From the IMG/VR virus record IMGVR_UViG_3300044858_003222, positions 1 through 36,147 of that record: a stretch of 36,147 bases of DNA; one strand, given 5' to 3'. This document shows, one piece after another, positions 26,201 through 34,488 of this stretch (positions are counted from its first letter, which is position 1; the number at the start of each line of letters is the position of its first letter). The position numbers and the translations under genes were made by a program. The notes under the pieces were generated by a model. The model was not told where the DNA came from, made no database searches, and worked only from the letters and a program-made list of their open reading frames with translations. This DNA comes from a virus (lineage: Duplodnaviria > Caudoviricetes).

Positions 26201-27464
26201 TTTTAAGAAGTTTAATATGCCGTATCTTAAAATACCTTTAAATGCCTTTTGGTCTGTATATAATTTAGTTAATCCAGAAGTCGCTTTTTTACAATCTGCG
26301 GTATATGGAACAAAGGCTATAAAATCAGGTTCGTCATTAGATATTCAACAATCAAAAAAGTGGTTTGCTCATGGCGTTACAGGTATTGCATTAACTGGTA
26401 TTGCGGGTGCATTGGCTTCAAACGGAATAGTAAATTCTAATAATGCAGATGATACAACTAAAAAAGAGAGAATAGGAGAAAAAACCTATGAACAACAAAA
26501 TAGTATTAATGTAACTAAATTAAATGCATATTTAAGAGGTGAAAATCCTGATGATGTTAAAAATAGTTTAAATGTTGATTTAAAATGGTTTGGTAATGTT
26601 GGTAATATACTCAATGTAGAGTCAAGAAAGCTAGAAGAAATGACACCAGAGCAAAGAAAAAATGGTATGTCGTATATGGAAGATATGTTATCTAGTATGA
26701 AAATATCTAGCATGGAGTTAATAGAAAATGGAGTATTTTCAAATACATCTGGTTTGTTAACAGCAATAGATAAAGGTGGAAATTTTGCTGATGCCTATGT
26801 ATTGAATTTAATAAACATGGGAACAAATATTGTTCAACCTGCAATGTTTGCTCAAATGTCAAGAGCTGAATTGCCATACTACTCTCAGCAAAAAGCTGAT
26901 ACTTTTATGGAGCAATTGAAAAATAATTTACTCACTAGGTCATCGACATTAAGAGCTTTATCAGGAAAGTATCCTCCTTCTCAAATAGGAGTATGGGGAG
27001 ATAAGTTAGATAGAAAAGACAATATAGCAATGAAGCTGTTTGGAATAAGTTCTAATAACAATGATAATTTTGCACAACCCATATACAATGATTATAAAAA
27101 AACAGATAATACTGCATTTTTACCTCCATCAGTAAAACCAGAAGTTAATGGTTTTAAATTAAATACATCTGAGGCTAATAAATTAGAAATATTAGTTGGT
27201 CAAGCTAGAAAGAATTTAGTTGCCCCATTTGTAAATGATGGAGCTAAACTTAGCGGTTTTAAAGATAGGTATAGTAAATTATCTGAAGAAGATAAGGTAA
27301 AAGCATTGGGTATTATATATAAAATGGGATACCAAGTTGGAGAAAAGCAATTTACTGACTTATATCCGCAATTTTATAAATCAGATAAAAAAACACCTGA
27401 ACAAAAGAAAGAGTCTAAGGAAAGTTCAATTTTTAGAAAATCATTAAAAAAGTTTATTAGATGA
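20298..27464 (+). CDS. Giant internal virion (polyvalent/ejection) protein, 2388 aa
   Basis: N-terminal NPFxEFGG repeats, hydrophobic Gly/Ala segments, coiled coils, modular centre including an ART-PolyVal-like domain. Confidence 0.7.
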   Translation: MEDNSFFSESDGNVGQKQENPFLEFGGNIKQKEDNPFSEFGGSLKKKSTPVVSSGIPSQLPSQPDFLKQGASLADNSFLKEISKSTAQSVGQPSSKSKLPLEGFSQKQIDLLKKGVEKPAQKTSGGLMIPTNLPKEDGEDKDEWKLKNLVQNVFANFELAGTNLLADATTLVKDLSKNPYIPDVSAVMKEAEKSTGKSIPTPWELDPLGGVIRGLHGNQERMKEVIANNPLPNTFWGKAVSSVASFAPDIAATALLPEAKLAQGASFLTKTGNLLLNNFTKYITTKEALSGYGEARKKGEDIGEASLEGIKGAGRGLKTGVELAILGAGSNVATKSVMNKLAQYGLANMPTKELVNAGTDLLAYSIASPYANAGLEGRLATADEIANGAGVALLFRLKGAAENIKSNVKLNKALEETLAMKQGAAVSNFVDATPKSIVEVYNSKESADEFQLRALAAAKKARETTDLQKKAKYVVEASTLVRAANVKQVADMVINNRDGFAELKASDLPESAKNEFLQKAEEINKLLNPFEKSKTDLDNKIKESEDLFSQLSQQAEQSQDPNERAQLEAQAREAKDSAEKFRNELAEVKFNQNRPDANAGKAPVMEGEVAPAEVKIGDSVQWTSQGTDQFTEPRKIKSISEDGKYAFVEGSDTGIPVSELSVTEVKPTEVKSVEQLRADEQAELDSKIPNAEQYRVDGKVDRNKLTNEEDIKAFDEVYNKYDKLISPLLEKPAEQKITVELLSSQEPPQKEGETIVTLSGKTESERTASIEQRQKDTKVSDKVVSDNEIVQAAESYFKKSGNYKNSADGRAELNNLRIKARENGLTIDTERDAVTKLNKAGRPRKVLYNNKADGEAVVEPNAKTLRDRDINTQKVYEELTDSGVFLDVESGSGKRMSASQIEAAIKDINEGIPSKRANKYLDALEKGLAEDAFPLYDKGMGGFAPKLVDIRAQLGVEKEIVGEPMDEVALNKFLDEESKLTPEKEQDLLDNVENLLYEYETTEAGPEGKVQPIEAGAKEGVPSEVKPSEPTKSERQEAKQELKPVKESAGKPKEEVKPTEFKDFTSKSGNKVVDEKGEPKVVFTGTNANKLSDIDALYFENDKTVKEKLSDMSPHYQIFFTDNKNEAKSYGKNTFEANVYIKNPVKNKADLVKTKSQLIKEGYDGYIWKSDDGRTHYIVFDKSQIQEVKPTEVKTKEEYEKIKSNKKKKDFVRNNLPEEFKPLADELTEAQMSEIVDSNFDSKTIKNIQDAIQKQSAAEVLQPKQEEVGGTGGGRERVEQGKQRDESTGEGKAKAAEETQPKGAKEGKVEELKTNDKSILKRITGSENISDSVKEKFKDDLKYEVKSKEEAKSIAKNIIKEYGTDDAVTLAEANKFHGDVNSFIFSEAINDTYIKESEAKTPEEKLKYAEQWADYAIRFDESARSKGRFISAISDFYKKSPLGIKFVENERRNEDFKKWYKAKEGSYKEVFDELVQDPKFKSLIGEEVQKGLKEERAAQRQANRKKIEDFFENAKLKGNNLYAVPIPPKVINGALEVMKQSVLAGESVVYAVNKAIEHISKEVKDWDKEKFRKEYEAKLSSIEGKAGKREKEELPEDAKNRILDKFRKKLKGLKESQKEQVIRKSFKQLVENGALEYNDFKKIISETIGYGEITPEEAAKITKLVNDINSVDELASSIRDEGNRTEANLLKYQKAKKEAEKSATELNKMVYNKTNISNRLLSIMQLNTLGIPSLVNNPIFNIWNQATVRFPNAVSMTVLDQILYGGSKVSNKLFGTVILLPENNVLTSQKEFFKKGLQGGKLSAEQLFTGLTNRDYFQKEIYSSQIHPFTSIKDLWDWKFKGKNLTPAQVADKSIQATVGLPAEIVARALNIGDKPQRFAAEGAQAAVFAKNLGLKDIDYEYFLEFPKEEAYRAFKKQGFSDDVAMKKAEEIQERIIKQGEESTFQQDNLLNDAVNSAFKVFGTPGEIFKKFNMPYLKIPLNAFWSVYNLVNPEVAFLQSAVYGTKAIKSGSSLDIQQSKKWFAHGVTGIALTGIAGALASNGIVNSNNADDTTKKERIGEKTYEQQNSINVTKLNAYLRGENPDDVKNSLNVDLKWFGNVGNILNVESRKLEEMTPEQRKNGMSYMEDMLSSMKISSMELIENGVFSNTSGLLTAIDKGGNFADAYVLNLINMGTNIVQPAMFAQMSRAELPYYSQQKADTFMEQLKNNLLTRSSTLRALSGKYPPSQIGVWGDKLDRKDNIAMKLFGISSNNNDNFAQPIYNDYKKTDNTAFLPPSVKPEVNGFKLNTSEANKLEILVGQARKNLVAPFVNDGAKLSGFKDRYSKLSEEDKVKALGIIYKMGYQVGEKQFTDLYPQFYKSDKKTPEQKKESKESSIFRKSLKKFIR
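22287..23872 (+). repeat. Dispersed direct repeat GAAGTTAAACCAACTGA (encodes EVKPTE), three copies
   Basis: Copies at 22287..22303, 23460..23476 and 23856..23872. Confidence 0.9.
23287..23424 (+). CDS. Possible overprinted +1-frame ORF, 45 aa
   Basis: MNTKQQKQDLKERFNQLKPEQKKEFLQRLNRLNLLKAKDRKLNKN. Confidence 0.35.
   Translation: MNTKQQKQDLKERFNQLKPEQKKEFLQRLNRLNLLKAKDRKLNKN
24046..24225 (+). CDS. Overprinted +1-frame small basic protein (MPYKSKAQ...), 59 aa
   Basis: TAATTTTG box at 24011..24018, A-rich leader, N-terminus resembling stand-alone phage MP(F/Y)KSxAQ proteins. Confidence 0.65.
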   Translation: MPYKSKAQQKYFNLNRKKLEAQGVDVNEWNKESKGMSLPEKAKPKPQKKHSPKVLRRAK

Positions 27465-27682
27465 CGTTAGAAGATTTCAGAGAATTGACAGCAGGCCTTA
27501 ATGGTGACACAGAAATGTATATATTTGCAAATGACACACTATTCCCTATATGTATAGAGGATAGTGGTATTTTGGATTTAACTAATGATAATCATGAAAT
27601 TACGGTAATATCCCTAACGGCTTGTGACCATAATGAAGGAGGCAAGTATAAGGTAGGGTTGCCGGATATAATACTAAATTAA
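27461..27682 (+). CDS. Hypothetical acidic protein
   Basis: ATGA overlap with the giant gene. Confidence 0.65.
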   Translation: MTLEDFRELTAGLNGDTEMYIFANDTLFPICIEDSGILDLTNDNHEITVISLTACDHNEGGKYKVGLPDIILN

Positions 27683-27685
27683 CAC

Positions 27686-28036
27686 ATGGAAACAATTGAA
27701 GAACTAAAAAACACAATTAAAGATTTAGAAAAGAAATTACAGTATTCTGAATCTCAGAAAAATGTTTATGAGAATGGTGATGCCAAGCTATATTACGCTT
27801 TACAGCGAAAGATGAGCGAAATGGCTAACACGTTAAATAAACAAAACTTAGAGAATATTGACATTGATAGCAAGGATAGTAAGTCTTTTGATAGAATTAT
27901 TACTATACTTCAGAAGTGTGAAACAATATCATCTTCAGCTTCTGCGTTAGGTGCAATAGCCGGTGTTACAGGTGATGAGCAAAAAGACATTGCTAAGAAA
28001 CCATTTGTAGAAACCATTGCTGAAAGCAGAAAATAA
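27686..28036 (+). CDS. Helical protein, terminase small subunit candidate
   Basis: Position directly upstream of TerL is the only evidence for function. Confidence 0.4.
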   Translation: METIEELKNTIKDLEKKLQYSESQKNVYENGDAKLYYALQRKMSEMANTLNKQNLENIDIDSKDSKSFDRIITILQKCETISSSASALGAIAGVTGDEQKDIAKKPFVETIAESRK

Positions 28037-28039
28037 CCT

Positions 28040-30091
28040 ATGCTAGAAACCATAAAAATATATGGCACGGAAATTCAACTTCCGGAAAAGCCTGATGCGT
28101 CTGATATAGAAAATTGGGGTACAGATGACCCCAATGAACAGTATTGGAGAAGAAAAGAAATACCTGCATTTTTATCTCTTGTAGAATATGATGGTGATGG
28201 TAATGCGCTATTAAATGCAGAGCAAGCCGCTTATGCTAATAGAGAAGTTCTAAGATGCAAGAAAGGATTCTGGTTTTACAATAATGGTATTCCAACTTAC
28301 ATAACAGGTAAAAATTACTTTTATTTAAGCTTTTGGAAACTAGAGGATGATATATACCCTGATTATAGAGATACAGATAGAAGGTACTTTTTATTTTTGG
28401 ACCACTGGGAAAGAACCCCTTGGTGCTTAGGTATTGTAAGAGGTAAGAAAAGACGTGAGGGTGCTACTTCGGTAGCCACTTCTAACTTGGTTTATGAATG
28501 TATATTTTACAAGAATAGCTTCTGCGGTTTAACGAGTAAAACCCAAGTGGATGCTAAGGCTGCATTTACAAACATGGTTTCTTTTGGTTACAGGCAGTTG
28601 CCAGTATTTTTAAAACCAAAGCAATTAAATAATAAAGATAGCGTTAGTGAATTAGTATTTGCTCATAAATCAGTAGAGGTAAGGGGAGCTAAGGGAAGTA
28701 TAGTAGATACAGATACAGGACATAGGTCTAGGATTGATTATAGAGCCCCTTCTTTGAACTCTTATGACTCAGGACGACTAAGTAGAGGGTTATTTGATGA
28801 GGGTGGAAAATGGGCAAAAGAAAACCCTTTTTCTACATTTATATCAATCGTAAGTAAGACTCTTGTAAAGGGTGCTAAAAGGGTTGGATTTATAGAGTGT
28901 CCATCTACATCAAACTCAATGACAAGTGGTGGTGAGGAGTTTAAGAATGTATGGGATGGAGCAGACCATTTAAAATATCCAAAGACACCTAACCGATTGG
29001 TTAAATACTTTGCTCCGGCTTATGATGGATACTTAGGTTTTATTGACAAGTTTGGAATGAGTGTTATTAATGAGCCTACAGAAGAACAATATAAGTTTTT
29101 AGTTGAGTATTATGTTGGAGCTGGTGACTTGGATGAAAGTGATATAAGGCTAGGAGCTAAGAAGTATTTAGAGCAAAAGAGAAAGCAATTAGAAGGCGTA
29201 CAATTAGAAGAAGAAATAAGGATGAATCCTTTTGATGAAAGGGAAATGTTTATGCTTCGGAACAATAATTGTCACTTCGATGCCGTTGTATTGAATGACT
29301 TATATGAACTAGCAAAGGTGAACGAAAGTTCGGCTGTTGAATATGGCAACTATGTTTGGGAGGGTGGCATACCTTTTACAAAAGCTGTTTGGCATAAATG
29401 TGATGAAGAAAGCGCAAGATGGCATAGAGCTAAGGATTTTAAGACACCAGAAGAAACGTACGAGAAAAGAGGTAGCTTGTTTATACCAAAGAACTATGTT
29501 CAGTTTGTAAGTGCGGTTGACCCCTTTCAGAACTCAGTAGTTGAATCAGGAGAGGGCTCTAAGGCTAGTAGCTTTGTGATGAACAGGTATGATAAGGGAG
29601 ATAATGACCCGATATTCGACAGGATGCTGGTTTCAAAGTATCACGCTAGGCCTAAAATGGTAGAGCTTTTCCACATGGATATGGCTTTGCAATGCTTTGC
29701 ATACGGAGGTCAATTACTTGTGGAGGCTAAGATGGACGGAGGGTTAAGGAAGTTCTTTATAGATAATTACTTAGAAATGTTTCTAATGAAACTACCAAAT
29801 AAAGATACTTATGGCGTTGACCCTAATGCTGATAATAAGGCTTTAATGGTTAACTTATGGGAGCAGTACATACTTACAAGTGGTAAAGATGGAAAGATAA
29901 TATACCCTAATTTGATAGATGATAAGTATGATGGATTATTAAAGTTCAATGTTAATGATACAGAAGTATCGGATTTGGTAATGGGAGGCGGATGGACTTT
30001 ATTTGCAGATTATTATAAAAAGGTTAATTTAAAAAAAGTAGAAAATAAAACTAAGCTTTCTGATTTTTTTGCCATGAAACCAACACGCTAA
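28040..30091 (+). CDS. terL: Terminase large subunit (crAss-like type)
   Basis: GFWFYNNG.PTYITG, KKRREGAT (Walker A variant), GLFDEGGKW (Walker B), STSN, SAVDPF nuclease motif. Confidence 0.85.
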   Translation: MLETIKIYGTEIQLPEKPDASDIENWGTDDPNEQYWRRKEIPAFLSLVEYDGDGNALLNAEQAAYANREVLRCKKGFWFYNNGIPTYITGKNYFYLSFWKLEDDIYPDYRDTDRRYFLFLDHWERTPWCLGIVRGKKRREGATSVATSNLVYECIFYKNSFCGLTSKTQVDAKAAFTNMVSFGYRQLPVFLKPKQLNNKDSVSELVFAHKSVEVRGAKGSIVDTDTGHRSRIDYRAPSLNSYDSGRLSRGLFDEGGKWAKENPFSTFISIVSKTLVKGAKRVGFIECPSTSNSMTSGGEEFKNVWDGADHLKYPKTPNRLVKYFAPAYDGYLGFIDKFGMSVINEPTEEQYKFLVEYYVGAGDLDESDIRLGAKKYLEQKRKQLEGVQLEEEIRMNPFDEREMFMLRNNNCHFDAVVLNDLYELAKVNESSAVEYGNYVWEGGIPFTKAVWHKCDEESARWHRAKDFKTPEETYEKRGSLFIPKNYVQFVSAVDPFQNSVVESGEGSKASSFVMNRYDKGDNDPIFDRMLVSKYHARPKMVELFHMDMALQCFAYGGQLLVEAKMDGGLRKFFIDNYLEMFLMKLPNKDTYGVDPNADNKALMVNLWEQYILTSGKDGKIIYPNLIDDKYDGLLKFNVNDTEVSDLVMGGGWTLFADYYKKVNLKKVENKTKLSDFFAMKPTR

Positions 30092-30714
30092 TGTGGACAG
30101 ATTTTTTTGATAAAATACTCGTTATAAATCTACCAAGTAGGACAGATAGGTTATTGCAAATAGCTGAAGAACTTTATAAATGGGGTATACCATACGAATT
30201 GGTTAATGCAACCCCACACGAAAATGGAGCAGAAGGTTTAAGAATTACCGTAGAAAAGATATTCAGAGATGCGATTTCTAATAATTTAAAATCTGTTTTG
30301 ATATTTGAAGATGATGCAATGTTTGTAGATAGCTGTGGAAACCCTAATGACACTATGGAGCAAGTAGTAAAGCAATTGCCTCCTACTTGGCAGATATTGT
30401 ATTTAGGAGCTCAATGCACAAATGGGTTTAAGGCAAAGCCATCAAATAATTTACTTTTACTAGACATGGCATTTGCGACACACGCATGGGCTGTATCTCT
30501 TGATGGAATGAAGGAGATATTGGCAGCAGGATTAGAGGCTCCGATAGACAATTGCGTAGTAAAAACAGTCCAACCAAATGGACATACGTACATAACATAT
30601 CCATTACTTTGCACTCAAAGACCCGGATATAGCGACATAGGAAGAACCGAAATAAATTGGCAGCCTTTTATAGAGCAGCGATATTATCAAAAATTTTCTG
30701 AATCAAACCTTTAA
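30091..30714 (+). CDS. GT25-like glycosyltransferase
   Basis: VINLPSRTDR, LIFEDDA, WQILYLG, THAW, QRPGYSDI. Confidence 0.8.
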   Translation: MWTDFFDKILVINLPSRTDRLLQIAEELYKWGIPYELVNATPHENGAEGLRITVEKIFRDAISNNLKSVLIFEDDAMFVDSCGNPNDTMEQVVKQLPPTWQILYLGAQCTNGFKAKPSNNLLLLDMAFATHAWAVSLDGMKEILAAGLEAPIDNCVVKTVQPNGHTYITYPLLCTQRPGYSDIGRTEINWQPFIEQRYYQKFSESNL

Positions 30715-30716
30715 CA

Positions 30717-31412
30717 ATGCAACAGATAAGTATTTGTATCCCAACTTGGAATAGGGTAGAAATGACCCTAAATAGCTTTAAAAAAGTTTATGATGACGCT
30801 AGAATAGACACTATTGTAATAGTAGATGACGCTAGTGATATTGATGTGTATACTAGACTTAAAGAAGAATGTGATAAGTTAAGTAAGGTTAAGCTTTACC
30901 GAAATGTCACAAATCAAGATTGTTATGCCAACAAATTCGTAGCTGTTAGCTATTCACCAACAGATTATTGCATACTTTTAGATAGTGATAATCAAATAGA
31001 TGAAACATACATAGATAAGATATATTCTCAAACTTGGGATAAGAAAACAATATTAGCCCCTGATTTCGCAAAACCATTATTTGATTATACAGAATTTAGT
31101 GGGTTGACAATATCTAAGGATAATGTAGCAAAATATATGGATAGGCCGTTCTTTGCCACTTGCTTAAATTGCATGAACTATTTTGTTTCTGCAATGGATT
31201 ATGTAAAGGTTTGGGATGCAAATACGGACCCACATAGCTCAGATAGTATATATCAAAACATGAACTGGTTTAAATGGGGTAATAAAATGCACATAGTACC
31301 GGGTATGCAATACGAGCACTTGGTTCACGATGAATCACACTATAAGCTAAATTGTAACATAGACCCAGAATTTTATCAAAAAGTTGAAGAAGAACTGAGG
31401 AATATGAAATAA
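30717..31412 (+). CDS. GT2-family glycosyltransferase
   Basis: ISICIPTWNR, VIVDDASD, ILLDSDN. Confidence 0.85.
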   Translation: MQQISICIPTWNRVEMTLNSFKKVYDDARIDTIVIVDDASDIDVYTRLKEECDKLSKVKLYRNVTNQDCYANKFVAVSYSPTDYCILLDSDNQIDETYIDKIYSQTWDKKTILAPDFAKPLFDYTEFSGLTISKDNVAKYMDRPFFATCLNCMNYFVSAMDYVKVWDANTDPHSSDSIYQNMNWFKWGNKMHIVPGMQYEHLVHDESHYKLNCNIDPEFYQKVEEELRNMK

Positions 31413-31430
31413 ATTATTTATTTTAGTATC

Positions 31431-31537
31431 GCTTAATTCATAAATAAATGGTTAGTTGTTAAATAAGACATACCCCCGAAAACAAGACGTTCAAGCCCCC
31501 CTGCGTGAATTAAGCCGTCTTGTCGTAGGGGGCTTTT
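31431..31537 (+). ncRNA. Structured intergenic RNA or attenuator with terminator hairpin (cassette 3)
   Basis: 31431..31440 pairs with 31506..31515; 31482..31489 with 31516..31523; 31493..31505 with 31524..31535; ends in TTTT. Confidence 0.65.
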
Positions 31538-31541
31538 AATT

Positions 31542-32279
31542 ATGGTAACATTTACAAATGCTGGAAGAATGGGTAACTGGTGCTTTGAAGCAGCCACCGC
31601 TATAGCTTATGCATTAAAGCATGACCTAGATTTTACTGTGCCATCTCATAGCGACCATCCTAAATGGAATCCTATATATTGCTTACACTTGGTCAACCCG
31701 AATTATAATCCTAACTTAGAGAAGATTAATTTATGGGAAGGTAAACATAGTTATGAAGAACTACCTTTTAACGAAGAATGGAGAGATAAGAATATTTCAA
31801 TAGAAGGATATAGGCAAACGGCTAAATACTTTGACGAGTATAGAAACGAGATACTTTATTTATTTAATTTCCCATACAATAAGAAAGACGGATATGTTGC
31901 TTGCCATGTCCGTAGAGGAGATTATGTTCAATTAAGGGATAAGCACCCTGAAGTAAAAGTAGAATGGTATGAAAAAGCTATGGCTGAATTTCCGGGATAC
32001 AAGTTTAAATTCTTTTCTGATGACATTGAATGGTGTATGGAGAACTTTAAGCACAGAAATGATTGCGAATTTTCTGGTAATAGTGATGAGGTATCAGATT
32101 TATTAGAGATGAGCTGGTGTGAGCATCAGATATGTAGCCCTAGTACATTTAGTTGGTGGGGCGGATGGCTCAATAAAAATGAAAATAAAAAAGTTATATT
32201 TCCTACATTTTGGTTTAGTCCCGGATGGGATGGGTTAGATACTAGCGATATTGTTCCACCTTATTTTATAAAAATGTAA
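31542..32279 (+). CDS. GT11-family alpha-1,2-fucosyltransferase-like protein
   Basis: GRMGN, EGYRQ, HVRRGDY, FFSDDIEW, STFSWWGGWL. Confidence 0.9.
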   Translation: MVTFTNAGRMGNWCFEAATAIAYALKHDLDFTVPSHSDHPKWNPIYCLHLVNPNYNPNLEKINLWEGKHSYEELPFNEEWRDKNISIEGYRQTAKYFDEYRNEILYLFNFPYNKKDGYVACHVRRGDYVQLRDKHPEVKVEWYEKAMAEFPGYKFKFFSDDIEWCMENFKHRNDCEFSGNSDEVSDLLEMSWCEHQICSPSTFSWWGGWLNKNENKKVIFPTFWFSPGWDGLDTSDIVPPYFIKM

Positions 32280-32281
32280 TT

Positions 32282-32869
32282 ATGAGTGATTTTTTAATGT
32301 TTGATTTCCCGCACTTTTATCAAAGAATTGCAAAAGAACTTCCTGATGACTGTAAGGTATTAGAGTGTGGTGTTGCTGATGGCGACAGTGCTTTGTATTT
32401 AGCTCAAGAGTTGAATAGACTTGGAAAGAAGTTTAAGTTGTATATGGTAGACAATATGGATTATGGAAGATACCTTCAAATGAAGAAAATTTACGAAAAC
32501 ATAATCAAAAGTGGTTTAGGTGAATTTATAGAAGTGGTTCCGTTTGCAAGCCTAGAAGCTGCAAATTTATTTAATGATGGATACCTTGATTTTTGCTACA
32601 TAGATTCATCACATGAATATGAAGAAACTAAAAAAGAAATTAGAGCTTGGTATCCAAAAGTTAAAGATGAATGTATACTAGCAGGACATGATTATAATGC
32701 AGATGAAGTACGTAGAGCAGTTGAAGAAGTTGTTCCTAAAGTGTTTGTAAGAGATAATCTTGGTGATAGGAGCTTTAATCCTGAAAATGTATTGCAATCA
32801 GAAGATACTTTAAACAATTTTGGAGTATGGTTTTTTAAAAAACAATGGTATTTAAAACTAAATAAATAA
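32282..32869 (+). CDS. Class I SAM-dependent methyltransferase (Methyltransf_24-like)
   Basis: VLECGVADGDS, YIDSSHEYE, LAGHDY. Confidence 0.85.
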   Translation: MSDFLMFDFPHFYQRIAKELPDDCKVLECGVADGDSALYLAQELNRLGKKFKLYMVDNMDYGRYLQMKKIYENIIKSGLGEFIEVVPFASLEAANLFNDGYLDFCYIDSSHEYEETKKEIRAWYPKVKDECILAGHDYNADEVRRAVEEVVPKVFVRDNLGDRSFNPENVLQSEDTLNNFGVWFFKKQWYLKLNK

Positions 32870-32871
32870 AC

Positions 32872-33861
32872 ATGAAAACAGCATTAGTTTGTGGCGCAGG
32901 TGGATTTATTGGTAGCCACATGGTAAAAAGATTAAAGCAAGAAGGTTATTGGGTAAGAGGTGTTGATTTAAAGAAACCAGAATACTCAAAGTCCGAAGCA
33001 GACCATTTTGTAGTGGGTGATTTAAGGAATCCTGAACTTGTAAGCAGAGTTACATTTGGGCCTAATCAAAATGATATATATAATGAACACGGAGCTTTTG
33101 ATTTAGTTATTCAAATGGCTGCCGACATGGGCGGAGCTGGTTATATATTCACAGGCGATAATGATGCAAACGTAATGCATAATTCTGCATTGGTAAATTT
33201 AAACATGGTTTACTATTGCACTAGAAACAAAGTAAAGAAGATGTTGTTTTCATCTTCAGCTTGTGCATATCCAGAACATATTCAAGAAAGAGAAGATTGT
33301 GCTGCATTAAAAGAAAGCGATTGTTTCCCTGCAAATCCAGATTCACCTTATGGATGGGAAAAGATATTTAGCGAAATACTATTTGATTCATTTAGAAGAA
33401 ACTACGGGCTAGATGTTAGAATTTGTAGATTCCATAACATATTTGGTCCTGAATCATGTTACAATAATGGTAAAGAAAAAGCACCTGCTGCTGTATGTTA
33501 TAAAGTAGCTTCTGCTGAAGAAGGTGGTGAGATAGAAATATGGGGTGACGGAAAGCAAACAAGGTCTTTTCTTTTTATAGATGAGGCAGTAGATGGCGTA
33601 ATGAGGTTATTAGATAGTGATTATGTTCACCCTGTAAACATTGGTTCAAATGAAATGATTGCCATTAATGATTTAGCCAAAATGGTTATTGATATTTCTG
33701 GTAAAAATTTAAGTATAAAAAATGTAGAATCAAACGCTATTGGTGTTCGTGGTAGAAATTCTGATAATACATTGATAGAAGAAAAATTAGGATGGAAACC
33801 ATCAAGACCACTTCGTGAGGGAATAGAAAAATTGTATAACTGGATTAATCAAAAAGTATAA
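32872..33861 (+). CDS. GDP-mannose 3,5-epimerase-like NAD-dependent epimerase
   Basis: GAGGFIG, AADMGG.GYI, SSACAY, YGWEK, RFHNIFGP, EKAPAA, GVRGRNSDN. Confidence 0.85.
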   Translation: MKTALVCGAGGFIGSHMVKRLKQEGYWVRGVDLKKPEYSKSEADHFVVGDLRNPELVSRVTFGPNQNDIYNEHGAFDLVIQMAADMGGAGYIFTGDNDANVMHNSALVNLNMVYYCTRNKVKKMLFSSSACAYPEHIQEREDCAALKESDCFPANPDSPYGWEKIFSEILFDSFRRNYGLDVRICRFHNIFGPESCYNNGKEKAPAAVCYKVASAEEGGEIEIWGDGKQTRSFLFIDEAVDGVMRLLDSDYVHPVNIGSNEMIAINDLAKMVIDISGKNLSIKNVESNAIGVRGRNSDNTLIEEKLGWKPSRPLREGIEKLYNWINQKV

Positions 33862-33862
33862 T

Positions 33863-34486
33863 ATGTTAATACCATTAAAGCCCATAATTGAAAAATATAA
33901 TATTGAACTAAACGGAGTAGCCCATGTTGGTGCTCATTGGGCCGAAGAACATGATGACTATATTGATTGTGGATTAAAAGGCTTTTTGTACGTAGAGCCA
34001 ATTAAAGAAGCATTTGAAGTTTTAGTTCAAAGATTTGCAGGTGACTCTAATGTAAAATTAGAAAATGTTGCAATTGGTAGCAAATCAGATGTAGGGGTAA
34101 TGTGTGTAGATACAACTAATCAAGGGCAAAGCAATAGCTTGTTAGAACCATTTGTGCATTTAGAGCAGCACTCCGAAGTTATTTTTAATGGTGACCCACA
34201 AGTTGTTAAGATAGTAACATTAGATAGTATAGAGTTCCCTTCTTGGTATAATCTATTTATGGTTGATACTCAGGGCTATGAATTAGAAGTTTTAAAGGGG
34301 TCAGTGAAAGTATTGCCTCAATTTGATTTATTATACTTAGAAGTTAATAGACAGGAAACATACAAAGGTTGCCCTATGGTAGAAGAACTAGATGAGTTTC
34401 TTTTGCCTTTTGGATTTCACAGAGTAGAAACAAAGTGGGCTTCACATTATCACTCTTGGGGTGATGCAATTTGGATAAAAAAATAA
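33863..34486 (+). CDS. FkbM-family methyltransferase
   Basis: HVGAH, VEP, DTQGYELEVLKG, EVN, WGDA. Confidence 0.9.
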   Translation: MLIPLKPIIEKYNIELNGVAHVGAHWAEEHDDYIDCGLKGFLYVEPIKEAFEVLVQRFAGDSNVKLENVAIGSKSDVGVMCVDTTNQGQSNSLLEPFVHLEQHSEVIFNGDPQVVKIVTLDSIEFPSWYNLFMVDTQGYELEVLKGSVKVLPQFDLLYLEVNRQETYKGCPMVEELDEFLLPFGFHRVETKWASHYHSWGDAIWIKK

Positions 34487-34488
34487 TC

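Noticed and set aside
20298-27464. Virion RNA polymerase as in Crassvirales
   Set aside because: No DxDxD (DFDxD-type) catalytic motif seen in the translation
28030-28050. TerL start region as target of sRNA cassette 1
   Set aside because: Only short, gapped complementarity, not distinguishable from background
31477-31524. Hammerhead ribozyme (GAAA...GUC)
   Set aside because: No CUGANGA core, and the stem III register does not fit
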